From contig NW_013657678.1 in NCBI RefSeq assembly GCF_000142905.1, forward strand, positions 616,871-680,870: a stretch of 64,000 nucleotides of DNA, written 5' to 3'. Under the pieces are notes generated by a model. That model worked only from the letters and a program-made list of their open reading frames with translations. It was not told where the DNA came from and did not search any database. Below, piece after piece: positions 31,201 to 45,007 of the stretch. Position numbers and translations under genes: made by a program. Each line of letters starts with the position of its first letter. Positions within the stretch are counted from its first letter, which is position 1. This DNA comes from Thecamonas trahens ATCC 50062. Its lineage: Eukaryota > Protista > Apusomonadida.

Positions 31201-34200
31201 GGTGTGGTGCATCGAGTAGAGGACCGGCTGGCGAGCCTGTGCCAGGCGCCACACGTCGCCGCCGCGCTTGACCACCCTCGACGAGAGCGAGACTGCAGTG
31301 GCGCCATCGGCGGCGCCGGTCAGGTACGTCATCCGGTTGCCGACCAGTAGCGGCGTCTCCTCTTCAGCCTCGATGAACGGCAGCAGCTCGGCCTCCTCCT
31401 CGCTCTCGAGCCGGCAGCCGGCCGAGACATGCGAGAGACGCGAGAGGTACTTGTCGTACTGGTCCGAGAGCTTCCACGGCAGCTGGTTGCCACCGAGCAG
31501 GACACAGAGCGAGAGCTTGAGTCGGCACGCCACCGCGTCGGGCGTGAGGTCCGAGCCCAGCTCGCCGAGGAGTTGGAAGACGCGGTCCTCTTCAGAGGTA
31601 AACGGCACGTCGACTTGGCAGGTCTCGGAGAGCCGAAAGACGGCCTCGTAGTCGCGGGCGGCGAAGCGGAGGAGAATGAGATAAAAAGTGGCCGCAACCG
31701 ACGGTGCGTGGAGGAATGTACGCGTCGTGTGGACCGAGTAGAGGTAGTATCGCGTCGGCGCGCGTGCGAGCCACGCCGAGCTCGCCCGGTTGAGGTCAAG
31801 CTCGGTCGAAAACGGTGCAATGGGCGGCCGCGAAAAGTCGCAGTTGGGGACCATGACCCTCAGCTCGCCCGACGCGTTCTCCAGCACAACCCCGTGAGGA
31901 ATGCCGACCAGTAGCTTGTCGAGCAGCGGCTCGGCAGCAGGGTCGAGGTCTGCAATCCACCACCCAGCTTGGTCAAGGGCAAAGAGCTTGACCTTGCCGG
32001 CAGCATCGAGTCGCGGCTGGAACCGGGCACCAAGCCGCGGAAGCTCAACCAACGAGATGGTGACTGTCGCGCCCGAGAGGAGCACAACTGCGTCGGTCAG
32101 CGTCGTCGCCACGACGTCGGACGGCTCTTCGGACGCGGCCACGCACGCCGCGGCCGCGGCCGTAGCTGCCGACGCCGGCGCCGATGACGAGGTCCACACC
32201 AGCACGTGCGAGAGCTCCTCGAGCCGCGAGAGCACGTCGGCGAGGCGGACAAGGACCGAGTCTGCGCCGGCATCAGCGGCAGCAGGCACTTGAGACGAAA
32301 GTACACCATGTTGAGCAGGGTGAGAGCACCCTGGACAGCCTCGTCCATTGACGGCGAGTTACTGAGCGCGGCAATGTCCTCGCCGCGACCAAGGGCGTCG
32401 ACCAACTCGGCGTTGGCCGGGTCAGACAGCCACGCCTGGGCGAGGTCGATGTCCTGCGAGTACAGCTCGAGCGCATACTCGATGGCAGGCTCCGGAAACG
32501 CGCCATCGTTCGAGAGGCGGAGGAAGGCTTCAAGGGTCGAGTCGGAGCGAGCCAGCGGGGTCGGCGGGACAGCGTCGACGTCGTCGGCTGACTCGGTGTC
32601 ATCAAAGAACGCCGGCGGGATCTCAATGTCTGAGTTGTCCATGGCCCAGTTGACAGCCCGGGCGAGGAGCGTTTCAAACGAGCCCGAGCCTGATGAGCCG
32701 ATCACCGAGAGCGCGTACTTGGCGAGCGGAGGAGCGACGCCAAGCGCACCCAGCGAGCTCACGACCGACGCCACAAGCTCTGGGTCGAGGCCCTGGTGCG
32801 GTGCGTTGGACGGATCGGACGTCCCTGCACCAGACGACGCCGCCGCAGCCTGCGGCGCACCGGTTCCGTCGCGCGGAGCGGTAGCCAGCGCAGCCTCGGG
32901 CTGGGCAAGGCGCGGGATGCGCGGATGGGCCATGCCCTTGCGCAGCTTGACGACAGTGCCCATCCAGGGGAGCGAAGCGAGCGAGTCGAGGTCGCAGGGC
33001 GGGACGGCGCCGCGGGCACGGTCGGCTGAGGGAGTCAGGACAACCACGATCGCCTGTGAGAACCACGATGAGTCGCCGTCGAGCGGGTAGCCGCGAATGA
33101 CATCATCGTCGCCTTGCCAGAACTTGTAGTGTGTGAGGAGGACGCCCGGGAGCGAACCGCGGAGCACGCGTGGCGGGAGATACATCTCGCGGCCGCCGAG
33201 AGCGGCGTTTTCGCGCTCAATGACGAGCGAGGTCTCGAGCGGGGCGTTCTTCCAGATGGCACCGCGCTGATGGCGGACGGCGTCGGGCACAATCTTGGCC
33301 GACTCGGGTGGCGGGAGCGGGAGCGAGTGCAGGGCACGGACGTAGTTGGACGAGTACACCAGCGAGGGATAGAGCTTGCGGCCGTGTGAGATGAGGTCGT
33401 AGACGTGGACAACCTGGTGATGACGGAGAACGCGGACGAGCTTGTAGGTAATGTCGCCGGTGTCCTCATTGACGTACCATGTGATGAGGGTGACAAGGGT
33501 GGCGTCGGCGGGCGTGAGCGTCGCAGGAAGGAGGAGAACGGCGTCGTCGTTGCGGTGGACCTGGAGGACTGGATTGAGGAGGGCGACAACCCAGGCTTCA
33601 GACGGGAGCTTGGTGGGGAACTTGCGGTTGTACGTGACGCCAGCATAGACGAGCCCGGAAGAGAGATCGGGCGGTGTGGAGGCCGAGTCCAGCGGCAGCG
33701 GCTGGCCGACGCCCTGGTCTTCGTTTGTCGGCTTGGTCCACTCCTTGACGTGTGTGGCGAGGCCGACGAGCGAGAGCCACAGGCGGTGCTGCTGGCGGGA
33801 AACAAGGCCGCAGTGGTAGCGCTCGTCGCCAAATACCGAGCGGTAGTCGTCAAACTCGGAGATGGAGGCCGGAAGGGCACGGAGCATGTTGCCCTTGTAC
33901 TGGATTTCCGCGGTCTGCACGTCGACAACGACTTCGCCACCACCGGCGGCGTACATGCCGCGACGGGCGTCGGCGGCCTCGAGCGGGGCCCAGCCGCGGA
34001 GTGAGGCGCGGTCGTCGCCGCGGAGCGCAATGCGGACAACCTCGCTCATGACCGAGTCGAGCGCGTCCTGCTCAGCGGCAGCCAGAAAGGCGAGGAGCGC
34101 CGGGCGCTGCTCGTGGAGCATGGTGAAGAGCTCGTACTCGGGCACGTCTGCCGGCGGCGGCAGGGTCTCGGTGTCCTTGGGGCGCAAGTCAATGCGGACC

Positions 34201-37200
34201 GAGTCGCGGCCGATCTGGAGGATGAGGACGCGTTCGAGCGAGCCACGAACACCCGGCAGCGACGACTGCGAGAGACGGTCGGTGGGAATGCCGTGCGCGC
34301 GGAGGACTCGCTTGAGGCGCTCCCATGGCTCGAGCTCGGCGGTGTCAGAAGCGGCCTTGGGCGAAGAGCCAAACTCGTGCCAGTGGCGGACAAAGGCGAG
34401 GTGCCCCAGAAGGAGCGAGACGATTTCGGGCGTGAGCTCGTGCGGGAGTACGTTGCGCCAGATGAGGGCGAGGTAGGCATGGCACATGTTGACGGTGGGC
34501 ATGTTGTCCTCGGCCTCGGCCTCGGCGAGCCAGAGGAGGAGCCGCGAGCGGCAGGTCTCCTGCAAAAAGAGCGGAGGCGGGCGCGGTAGGCGTCGAGGTC
34601 GGCAGCCGTGAGCGACTTGAGTTCAGCGGCGGCGGCGGTGGACGACGCAAGGCTCGCAGCCGCTGACGTCATGTACGCCTCGATGCCGACACCGAGCTCG
34701 AGGGCAAAGAGGAAGAGGGTGGCGTTGAGCGAGTGGACCGAGTTGACCGGAATGTCGGCGACGGCGTCCATCATGTCGAGGAGCGGGTCGAGGACCGAGC
34801 CGGGCGAAAAGGTGAGCTCGTTGAGGAGGAGGCCGGTGGCGCACGAGAGCGGGTCGCGGTTGGTCACCGCGCGGCGGGCTGGGACCGAGTCGAGCGGCAG
34901 CTGGAGCCACGGCGGACACCACGAGCCGAGCTCAAAGACTGCGCCGCGGAGAACGTCACGGAGGCCGGCGTGGAAGAGGTACGAGAGGCGGTCGCGGGTG
35001 GCGAAAAAGCCGACCACAAGGGGGATGCGGAGGTACTGGGTGGTGAGGTACGACATAAGCGCCTCCGAGTCCTCATCGGGCAGGACGTCGTCAAACGACG
35101 GTAGGTTGTCGCAGTGGAGAACGTCGTCTTCGGACGGGTCGGGCAGGCCGAGGTAGGCCTCGGCGTCGGTGGGCGACTGGGTGATGAGGCCGTCGCCGTA
35201 GATGACGACGGGGCGGCCAAAGCCGGACATGAGCACAAAGGCCGTGGTCTGGTCGCCATTCATGCCCTCCACCTTGAAGCGGAGCCGCTCGAGCGACGAG
35301 CCGCGCTTGGCCTCCCACTCTGACTCGTACATGATCTGCCACATCTCGTGGCGCTTGTGGACAGCACGCTTGCGGAGCTTACGGTCGGCAAGCTCCGACT
35401 CCATGGTGGCGAGGAACTTGAACATGACGACCATGTCGCGAGCGTAGCCGTAGAGCGGCTCCTCCTTGGCGAGGTCAAAGAAGGTCCAGCGGCAGAGCGC
35501 CTGCATCTCGGTCTCGCGTGGGTCGTCGGTGAGACGGAAGCCCTTGAGAGTGATGTAGAGGCGGACAAAGTCCATGGTTGGCGAGGTCTTTTGCACTTGC
35601 AGCGTCCTCGTCCCGGCCTCCTGCGGCCAGTTGAACAGGACACGGTCGGTCGTGGTCTGGATGGCGTCGAGGTAGGCAAGGACGTCGGAGCGGACAGCCG
35701 CGAGTCGCGGTGCGTTGTCGAGCTGGGCCATTGACGAGAGCCGCTCATACGAGAGCGTGGCGGTCTCGCACCCAACCTCGGTCGAGAGGTGGAAGCCTCC
35801 GGCGTTGGTGAGGAGCCGCGAGAGAATGAGCGGCTTGCCGGCACACTTGATGCGGGCGCCGGCGTCAAAGAGGGCGAGGAGCGCGCCAGCAACCAGCGCG
35901 CGCTCCGAGTCGGCCGACCGCGACGGCCGCTTGACTGACTGCCACGCCGAGGTAAAGGCGGCGGTGAGCTCGTAGATGGCGGCGAGAAAGGCGAGCTGGG
36001 CAGCCTGCGGCGGGCGGACCGCGCCGCCGGTGTAAATGCAGGTGATGCCCGAGGCTGGCGCCTGCGGCATGGGGAGCATGTCGAGGACAAGTGAGTTGAC
36101 GACCGCGATGACTTCGTAGTGCCGCGGGATGGGTCCCGAGGTGTGGCCAGCACGCGCGTGGTTCATCAGCGTCTCCACCAGGGCAAGCACCTTTTGAACC
36201 ATGGAGAGGGCGGTGGCAAAGTCGACGGCACGCGGCGGGAGATCGAGAAAGTCAAACGGCGGCGCCGGTGACTCGGGCTTGGCCGGCCCGGCGTACGAGT
36301 CCTCGCCACGGGCCTTGAGAAAGGCAAACCCCGGGTAGGGGCTGTACGCGGCAGCGGTTCCCATGGCAAGCTGTGGCGGGAGGCCGCCCTCGGGGAGGCC
36401 AAAGGCCGGGACGCGGGCGAGCGCGGCGTCGAGCGACGAGAGCGCTGCAAGCATGCTCGCCTGGAAACTCGGCTCGGCAAAGCCGGCGCGGACCTCCTTG
36501 ACCGCAGCGTAGGCAAGCTGGCGAGTGGCCATGCTCACCAGCGCGCGCTCGGACGAGTGAATGAGGTCGACGGCACCGACATCCGAGGCAAGGAGGTTGA
36601 CAAAGCCGACCCGGAGCGCAAAGAGGACGGTGCGGAGCTGCGGGCGCGGCATGCCAGCATACGCGAGCGTGTAGCGGATAGCCTCAAGCAGGCAGCCATA
36701 GTGCGAGAGCTTGGCGCGCTGCGGCGCAAGCCACTCGCCGTGCGGGTCGTCTTCGACCTGCGACGAGGCCATGGCCGACGGCAGCGAGGATCCAGCGAGC
36801 CACGGCAGGAGCACGTCGTAGAGGACCTCGGCGCGGTTGGAGATGATCTGTGCTACCTGCATCTTGATGAGCATGGCCCACCAGACCGGGTCGAGCATGC
36901 GCTCGCGCGGAATGCTCCGCAGCCGCAGCGCAGACCGGAACTTGATCTTGGGCGGAAAGGCTGCCGACGACGGGTGGTACTTGAGGCCCTCGTCGACCGA
37001 GGTGTTAAAGGTGACAAAGTCGAACGACGAGTCGGCGTTGGCAATGATCATGTGCGCCAGGCAGTGAACGCCGCGCGGCTCGACCCAACCGCCGGGCACC
37101 AGAAGTGTGTCCCCCGGCTGGAGCGCCGCAATCGGCGCCGCCCACGCCTGGAGCACCGGCAGCAGCTGGCCGGGATTCTCGTACTCGGAGCGGGTCTTGA

Positions 37201-38310
37201 GCACCGGCTCCGAGAGAGACTCAAATGTTGCGAGCAGGTCAAGAACCTTTTCCAGCGGGCCGACTGCCGAAGCCGCGTCGAGGACTGCGGCCGAGACTTG
37301 AGATGACGCCGCGGCCTTGCCACCTGAGGCCTGGATCGAGTCGAGAAGCTGGCGGATGAGGATGGAGAAGACCTTGGACGTGACGTACGACGACGAAGAG
37401 AGGCCGCCAAAGCCGTCAAGGTACGGGTCACCAAAAGCACCAAAGAAAGCGTCGGTCCGCCACAGCGGTGCCTCAAGCCCGAGGTCCTCGAGCACGTAGT
37501 GGATCTCCGGCCAAGGAAAGCCCTCTCCGGCTGGATCGCGCGAGACCGCGTCGACGCCCGACCGCGTGAGAACTAGCTGCGAGAGCGGAGGCACCGGATC
37601 GCCGACAACCACCATGGCTTCCTGTGGCTGCGGCTTGAGCAGAATGAGCGTGGGAATGCCGGACACGTTGTAGTGCCGTGAGAGGGCGTCGGTTACAGAT
37701 GGATCATACGGAACTGCCAGAAAGCGAATCATGGTCTGGTAGTACGCCAGGTATGCCAGCATGTCCTTGTCCGACGAGACAAACACAACTTCAACATCGA
37801 GTCGACCTGCGTGGGCCTGCACAAACGAGATCAGGCGTGGCGTGAAACGCTGGCAAGGAGGGCTGGGTTGATCGATCGAGTGCGGGGTGTGAGTGGGGAG
37901 GGGTGGCGGGGGGGGGGGGGGGGTGTATGGAGGCTGAGGAAGAGGAGGCGGGAAAGGCAGAATATGAGGAAGAAAGGGAGGGAGGGAGGGAGGGAGGGGA
38001 GGAGGGGAGGGGAGAGAAGGGGAGCGGGGGGGGGGGAGGCAGTGCTGAAGTAGCGTTCCATTCCATTGAATTGTGCATGTCGCAAATGGCGACCTGTGTG
38101 ACCAAGTGGCAGCACCCGGAGCTGGAAGGTGCAGGGGGTTGGGGGTTGGGGGTTGGGGGGGGGGGGGGGGCAGTACACATACCACCAATGAGCGCTAAAG
38201 TAGAGCGCAACTGTCTTGTCGGTCAAAGAGGCGGTGGAAATGAGCTGGCCAGAGGTGTCGGTGACATGGGTGATGCCAGGGAGGCCAGGGTGGTGCCGCT
38301 CGCTCGCCAT
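25267..38310 (-). CDS. Giant (~4,240 aa) multidomain protein: nucleoredoxin-type thioredoxin, papain-like segment, two UBA-like domains, DUF3638/DUF3645 P-loop helicase-like module, EF hands, two RanBP2/NZF zinc fingers
   Basis: Exon 1 (38310-38183, VALYFSAHW-C) plus intron 38182-37863 (GTATGT...CAG) restores WCPPC. Six track ORFs overlap successively, each shifted by one base; five added bases give 4,243 codons. Motifs: QQMIMGAGKTT, MMDEVD, AVPFVGKDVPSRSSEFAQPDVVIGLTILAYRYEG, GFSGTP, ALIDTGALITG, DQVHTTGMDIK, QGAYRMR, DADADGYITQDE, WRCAGC..CLEC, WVCGHCTYSN..CDMC. Confidence 0.8.
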
Positions 38311-38429
38311 GCTGCCAAACGACGAGAAGTGGTGGCGGACTCGGCGAGTTGGGACTCGGCGTGTTGGGCCAAGTCGGATAAAAGCATGGTCTGGTTCACA
38401 GTGTGTGTTTGCTTGTACCTCGGGTAAGG

Positions 38430-41400
38430 CTAGTTCTCGCGATCTGGATGCGGTGGCTCGATGCGCAGCGGCCGCGCGGGACGGGCAGGGCGAACAGGTG
38501 CGGCACGTGCTCCGACCGCAGGGCGTGATGGCTTGTGCGTAGGGCGCGGTGGAACATGGTCGGGCACATTCGATGGCTTGCGGTCCGGCCGAGCCGGGCG
38601 CGAGGACGGGAGCGCGACAGAGCCGAGGCTGGGCGCGGTGTCATCGATCGCAACCGAATCGAGGTTGGTTGTGTGGAACATCGAGTCTGACGAGTCGAGC
38701 GTGGTGCCGGACACGAGGGCATGGAGGCCGACGTCTTGCATCTCGATGTCGGTGCCGACGGAGCGGACGTCGAGACCGGTGACGCTCTGGCGAAGGCCCA
38801 TCCGTGACTCGACGGCGTTGTTGCTAAAGTTGCCACTGACGTAGAATTCGTTGTCCATGGTTTCCTTTTCCTCGCGCTGCAGCCGCACAATGTCAATCAT
38901 GTTGCCGATGACGATGGCAAAGAGGTTAACCACAAGGCCGAGGACCACACCTCCTGTTCGAAGTGGCTTGTTGGTGAGGGTGCCGGCGTGGAGGACAACG
39001 ATGACCGAGGCGAGGACAACCCACGCCATCCAGTTGTGGAGCCTCGAGGCGTATGGCGCGCGGGTGGCAAGGTCGAGGAATGAGCCCACCAGGACGCACA
39101 CGCTCGCGTACGCCTTTGTGGTGTCGGCCCAGAACAGCGCCATCGACAGAACAACTCCGAGTTTGCGGCCCATGATGGCCGCTTCAAACCACCAGGCGTC
39201 TTCCACAAACCGCCCGACAAGAAAGCCATACCGTAGAACAAAGACGCTCGACTCGAGCTGCTTCCGCTCGCGATGCAGAATGTACACCACACTTGCCGGG
39301 AGACCAAAGCCGTAGCCGACCACGCCCGCGGCGCCAAACACAAACAGGCTCCACCAGGTCGGGGTGTAGCACGACCGCGCCGGCGCCGCGCTCAGCACCC
39401 ACCGGCCCGACGCGTCCTTGCGACAGCCAAAAAGTGAGAACGCACCCGCCACCAGCGGCATGTACATCAGCACTAGCAGCTGCCACCAGCATCGCGCTGC
39501 GGCGTTACGGACTTGCGCTGGAATAAACTGCGAGAGCCATGGCGCAGAGATGAACGAGAGTCCCATAAAGACGCCAGAGACAAAAAGGACAACAGCGGCA
39601 GCAAGGATCGGGAGCGCAAGCGTGAGCAAGAACTTGAGGACCCAGACGTCGGTTCCGGGGACCACGCTGCACTCGGGGCTCGTCAGCTCGAAGTTGAGGT
39701 TGAGGCTCGAGGCAACATCAAAGTAGACGTCGGCAAACGCGCCCCAGTCAAAGTCGAGCTTGCCGTATAGAGCCGTGATCTGGAGACCGTTGAGACCGAT
39801 CATCGCCGCCGCAAACTTGTAGCTCACGCTCTCCGCGAGGTTGAACGCGAGGAGGACGGCCGTGACGGCGAGGCAGCCAACGACCATGACGACTACAACC
39901 AGGGTGTTGACACCAGTCTTGCATTTGAAGCACTTGCCGTTGAGTGCGTAGTAGCCTTTGGCACACTCGGCGCAGAGCCGCGCGGTGTAGCCCGGGGCGC
40001 ACGCGCCACCACCGGCACACGCTTCGGAAGTCGGGCACGGCAGGAAGAGCGTTGCCGCGTCGCCAGAGGTAAAGCCGGGGGCTGCCACCGGCGGTGCCTT
40101 GCCACCAACGCAGATCGCTCCGTCGGGGCAGGCGCTGCAAAGGGTAGCAGAGGTGGCGTAATAGCCACGAACGCACGCGCACTCGCTCGCACTTCCGTTC
40201 ACCGATGCCACCACCGAGTTGGTCGGGCAGGTTGAGCACGGCGCGGCCGAAACCTCATCCGAGAACGTCTCCCCGTCGCAGAAAACACATCCAAAGCCGT
40301 TCTCGTCGACGGCACCACCGCGGCCGATGGAGCAGAGGCCCATGTCGAAGACAGAGTCAAGGGCCAACTCAGGCGCTCCGCTCTGCTCGCCAGACTCGTC
40401 CGCAACGCTGACGACCACGTGTGTGCCTGCCACCGGAAGAATGCCTGGCTCTACGACTCGGAGGACGAGCGGTGGGAGCGGGACAGAGGTACTCGAGACG
40501 GTGACCAAGTCCTGGCCGCTGGCGCCCACACCTGCGGCCGCCGATGCAGCCGCCAACTCAACCATGACTTGCAGCCGGGTGTCGACAATACCGGCGCCAA
40601 ACCAGTCGGCCACGACAACACTGCCCGCAATTGGATTGCCTGGCTGGAGCACTGGGTCCGGGCGCTGCGACCATGCCAGCCTCGCCGGCGGCGTGGCCAC
40701 GTGCGCGCTGACACCGGAGCTAGTCCACGCCTCACTGTCAAACCAGAGCCACGGCAAGCCCGCCGGTGACTGTCTGTCCGGCACAAAGCCGCTGTCGTCA
40801 AGCGATGGCGGGAGACAGACCATGACGTCGTCACTGCCAAACGACGAGCCTGCTCCAGAGATGCTGACCGACACGCCGCAAGCCACAAGCGCGCTACCGT
40901 AGCGGGCAGCAGTGTTGCTGGAAAAGACCACGTTGGAGAGCGCGACATCCGCCGAGGAAGTCGCCAGGTCTGACGGTGGATCGCCAGCGGTCCGCGGAAA
41001 GTCGACCGACGACCGGACAACAATCACGTCGTTGAACAGCGTGCTCGACACCGCCGCGACGCCGGCACCGAGTGGTGCCGAGTTGCCAGCAAGCTCGGTG
41101 CCCGAGAGCGAGACCGTCGCAGCGAGCGGGGTGACGAGCGCCAAAGCGCCGCCAGCGCCAAGCGCTGAGTTGCGGGCAAATCTTGAGCCGCCAAAGATGG
41201 TGACGCCTGTCTCGGACGAGACAAACAAGCCACCTCCCGAGCCGCGCGCGCTGTTGCCCTCAACGAGCCCGTTGTTGAGCGTGACCGTCGACCGCGCAAC
41301 CGCAGCAATGCCGCCACCGGACAGCTCGGCGGTGTTGGCGCGGACGTTCCACTCGCGCTCAGCGTCACCGAGCTGGTAGCGAGGTAGACGCCCCCGCCGA

Positions 41401-44400
41401 GTCGAGCCGCAGTGTTATCGGCGACGGCTGCGCCAGTTCCGACGACAACAACCGAGTTGGAAAGGGCTGCAATGGCGCCGCCGCTTGCCTGAGGCGCCAC
41501 ATTGCCCGAGACGAGCGAGTTGTCCATGATGCATACAGTACTTGCATCGGCCGCGTAGATGGCGCCGCCGGGGTTTCCGGCGCCGGCAGAGTTGTCACGG
41601 ACTTGGGAGCCGTAGGCGGCAAAGCGGGCAGCTTTTGAGACCATGACTGCGCCACCGCCACTGCCGATGGTCACCTTGCGACCGATGATGGGCGAAGTGT
41701 CCGAGCCAGAGAGAACGGTGGCGTTGAGCTCGATGTACGCGCCGCTGGTCGACGCAAGCAGGCCAGGCCCCCCGTTGTCAACGTCGGTACATGTGCCCAT
41801 GCCGCGGATATCAAAGCCCGATAGCCGTAGGCCGCCGACCGAGTACAGAAAACTGCTGTCGAGCTGAGTCACATGCCACAGCACACCACGTGTCGGCTCG
41901 CAATCGACGACCACGCTGCCGGGAGCGCCGTCAGCTGCCAACTCGACCGCGCGCTTGATCAGGTAGTGTGCTGTTGTCCGGCAGCCTGTGTAGGTACCAG
42001 CCGGCACAATTGCTGTGTTCCGAACACACTGGTTACTTGTCACAGCCGCAATGTCAGCGAGGCATCGGACAGTCTTGCCGGCGCCAAAAGCAAACGAAGC
42101 ACACGGCGAGAACGGCGAGTTAAGGAGGCCACGGACGCGCGGCGAGTCGGCGGCATACATCGTCGGCTTCCACACATCGAAAGGAGAGATATCGTTCTGG
42201 ACGTAGACGTAGACGTTGCCATCAGCTTCGTGAGCGGTAATGTCGGCTGTCCCGCTGGCATCAACATCGCGGACAAAAAAGCCATCAACAGCCGACCCGA
42301 TCTTGGCGCCGAGTAGTGTCATACCGCCCGCAAACGAGCCGCTTCCGTCTGCGTTGTACCAAACTCCAAACGAGGTAGGCGAGGCCAGGGTGACGAGGTC
42401 GAGTGTGTCATCGCGATCAAAGTACACGAGCTCAAGCTGCGGCGGCATGGGCGTGAGGCCCGAGGCGACAACGAACGGTGTACCGAGCACGCCGGCCGTA
42501 TTGGCCAGCCAGCCGAGATTACCGCCTGCCTCGAGGTAAGCGACGTCAACGTCGCCGTCGTTGTCAATGTCCCCGATCTGGATACGGGTGAGAGCGCCGG
42601 AGCCAACCGATCGCGAAGCGGTTGTCCACGACGTACCGGCGCCATTGGAGTTAGTGGCGACGCCGACGGCGCTGCCGCGTGCATAGACGATGTCTGGATC
42701 GCCATCATCGTCGATGTCGGTAACTCGAATAGCCTTGACGCCCGAGGCAAAGGTTGCGACGACTATCCGGCTGCCCAAAGAGGCGTCACCGTTGTTGGCA
42801 AACCAGATGAGGTGTGGCGCATTATCGCAGGCAACAACGACGTCAACATCGCCGTCAGCGTCCATGTCGGCGAGCATGACATCGGTAGGCGCCGAGAGCA
42901 TGGTCGGGCCGGACGCGATCGCCACGCTGTCAGCAAGAGCGGTCCGGCCGTCAGTATTGGCTTGATAAAAGAGGCCGTTGAGCGAGGCAACACCGTAGAC
43001 AACATCGGCGTCGCCATCGCCATCCATGTCTGCAGCGCGGATCGGGGTTGGTGACGGCGCCACAATCGAGAGCGGGGTGAACTTTGTGGCCACAAAGTTC
43101 TCCACGACTGAAAGGTACGGGATGTAGTCTGCGAAGCTGCTAAAGTAGTCAAAATCGCCGTCGTTATCTAGGTCGACAGGGGTCAGCTGCGTGGTAGTGA
43201 CCGAGATGATGGCGGAGAGGAAGCGGCCAAAAATCGGCTCAGCAAACGGCTCGTTGATGACAAGAGCAACCGTGCCGTTGTCGGCGAGACCGACGACGTC
43301 AGGCTTGCCGTCACCGGTCACATCGGGCGAGAAGACAGCAACTGGTTGGTTTGGCAGCAGTGGCAGTGCGTAGTTCACGCCAATATCCCTTGGTCCGTGC
43401 TGGCGCACTATGTACAACTGGTCGACATTGATCCGCACAATACCCATCGAGTCGTCATCATAGAATGCTCCAATGGCCACGTCTCCCGACAGAGCCTCTG
43501 AGGTAAAGTACCGCATCTTGCCAATCGAAAAGACACCAAGTGGCCCGAGCCGACAAAAGTAACTCAGCTCTGCGCTCATGCAGAGCATCCATGTGCCAAA
43601 CACGCGGGTGTGGAGAAGGTCGGTGCCGGCATCAGAGAGAATGAGCGACAGGACTGGGTCGCCTGTCATGTTGCGCATCCAAACGAGGCCCTCGCCACCA
43701 GAAACAACGACAAGGTCGTCAAAGCCGTCGTCGTCGGCGTCGATGATCAGCGCTTTGCCCGGGCGAGTCACCGAAGACGCAAGTGTAATCGACGTCGGCG
43801 CAAAGACACCCGGGGCCGTCTGCTCCAGCCAGGCGATGGCGCCAGTGTCGAGCCCGGTGAAAATCAGGTCCATGTCGCCGTCTCTGCCAATGTCGGCAAG
43901 TCCGATGTATGTGGCTGCTGCGAGGAGAGGGCCGGCGGAAATCGGGTTGCCTCCAGACCAGGCGCCACCGACGCCATCGTTGTTGGCGTACCACATGACG
44001 ACAGTAGGTGCCCCAGTGGCCACCACCAACGCGTCGCAATCTCCATCGCCATCGACGTCGTCAGCAGCAATAAGGTTGGGCTTGAGAGCAAACGGAACCG
44101 GCTCGATAGGAGCCTGAGTGACCCAGTGCCTTCCGGCGCCGCCGATGTTGAGGATCCAGAGCAAGGTCCCGTTGCCGAGCTTAGAGACAACAACGGCATC
44201 GTTGATGCCATCACCGGAAACATCACCAAAGGCCACCAAGCGAGCACCGCCTTCATCGTCGGTGCTCATCACGCGTGTCACTGCGATGGGGAGACTATCA
44301 GGACCGCAGGGAGACGACAAGACGCCATCTTTGGATTCTGTGCCCGCCGCGTACACGTCGACAGGGTCACAGTCTTCCCCTGAGCTCCCAACAGCAGTCA

Positions 44401-44452
44401 GAAGGACCAGCCCAAGCAGCAGACCCAGTCTCATCCGTGACCGGTCGAGCAT
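38430..44452 (-). CDS. Receptor-like protein: signal peptide, FG-GAP/VCBS repeats, right-handed beta-helix (GGAI..N repeats), GCC Cys repeats, multi-pass TM domain (frame break near 41348)
   Basis: Signal MRLGLLLGLVLLTAVGSS; many D(V/I/M)D(G/N)DGDxD motifs; GGAIYA, GGAIAA, GGGVYL, GGGLFV repeats; C..CP..A.C.GG; TM block FNLAESVSYKFA...LRYGFLVGRF...WWFEA. Joins track ORFs 41024..44707 and 38430..41228. Confidence 0.8.
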
Positions 44453-45007
44453 GGTGGTGTCTGTACGGGAGGGCGTGAGTGGTGGTGGCTGAGGGGGAGG
44501 GGAGGGGAGCGGTTGGCGGTGGAGGAGGGAAGGGTGGTGCATCGCGTACGGGAGACAAGGGTGAGAGTGGTAGGTGTGGTGGGTGTGCCAAGGTCCGGGT
44601 GGTAACCAAGACAAGAATGCGGGGGTTGTGGGAGTGTACAAGGTGGTGGTGGGAAGGGTTGGGCAAGGCTCGGTAGCAACGACACGGCTGCACGCGTTCG
44701 CTTGCAAAAAGATTGCTGAAGCAGGTCAAGCCCCGAAGCCGGTATTGACGTGTTACGCAGCGGATACACTTGCCTCTTGCTGTAGGGTATGTTTTAGGAA
44801 TGGTGGGTGGTTTGTAGGATAGGGGCCGGGGGAGGGGTTGTGGGAGGAGGGGAGGGGAGGGGGGGTGGGGGGGGGGGGGGGGTGGGGTGGGAAGGTGGGT
44901 CTCGGTGCGTGTTGGCTGACGACATGACGAAGAGGTGGGCGGAGGTGACAGGGACTGGACAAGTGGACTGCAGACGGGCACGGAGTTGCAGTCGGAATAT
45001 TGTCATT

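Noticed and set aside
25267-38310. Six separate genes or a pseudogene
   Set aside because: Motifs run across the junctions (e.g. AYRYEG/xRKSDL), all shifts are in one direction, and there are no nonsense codons or spacers.
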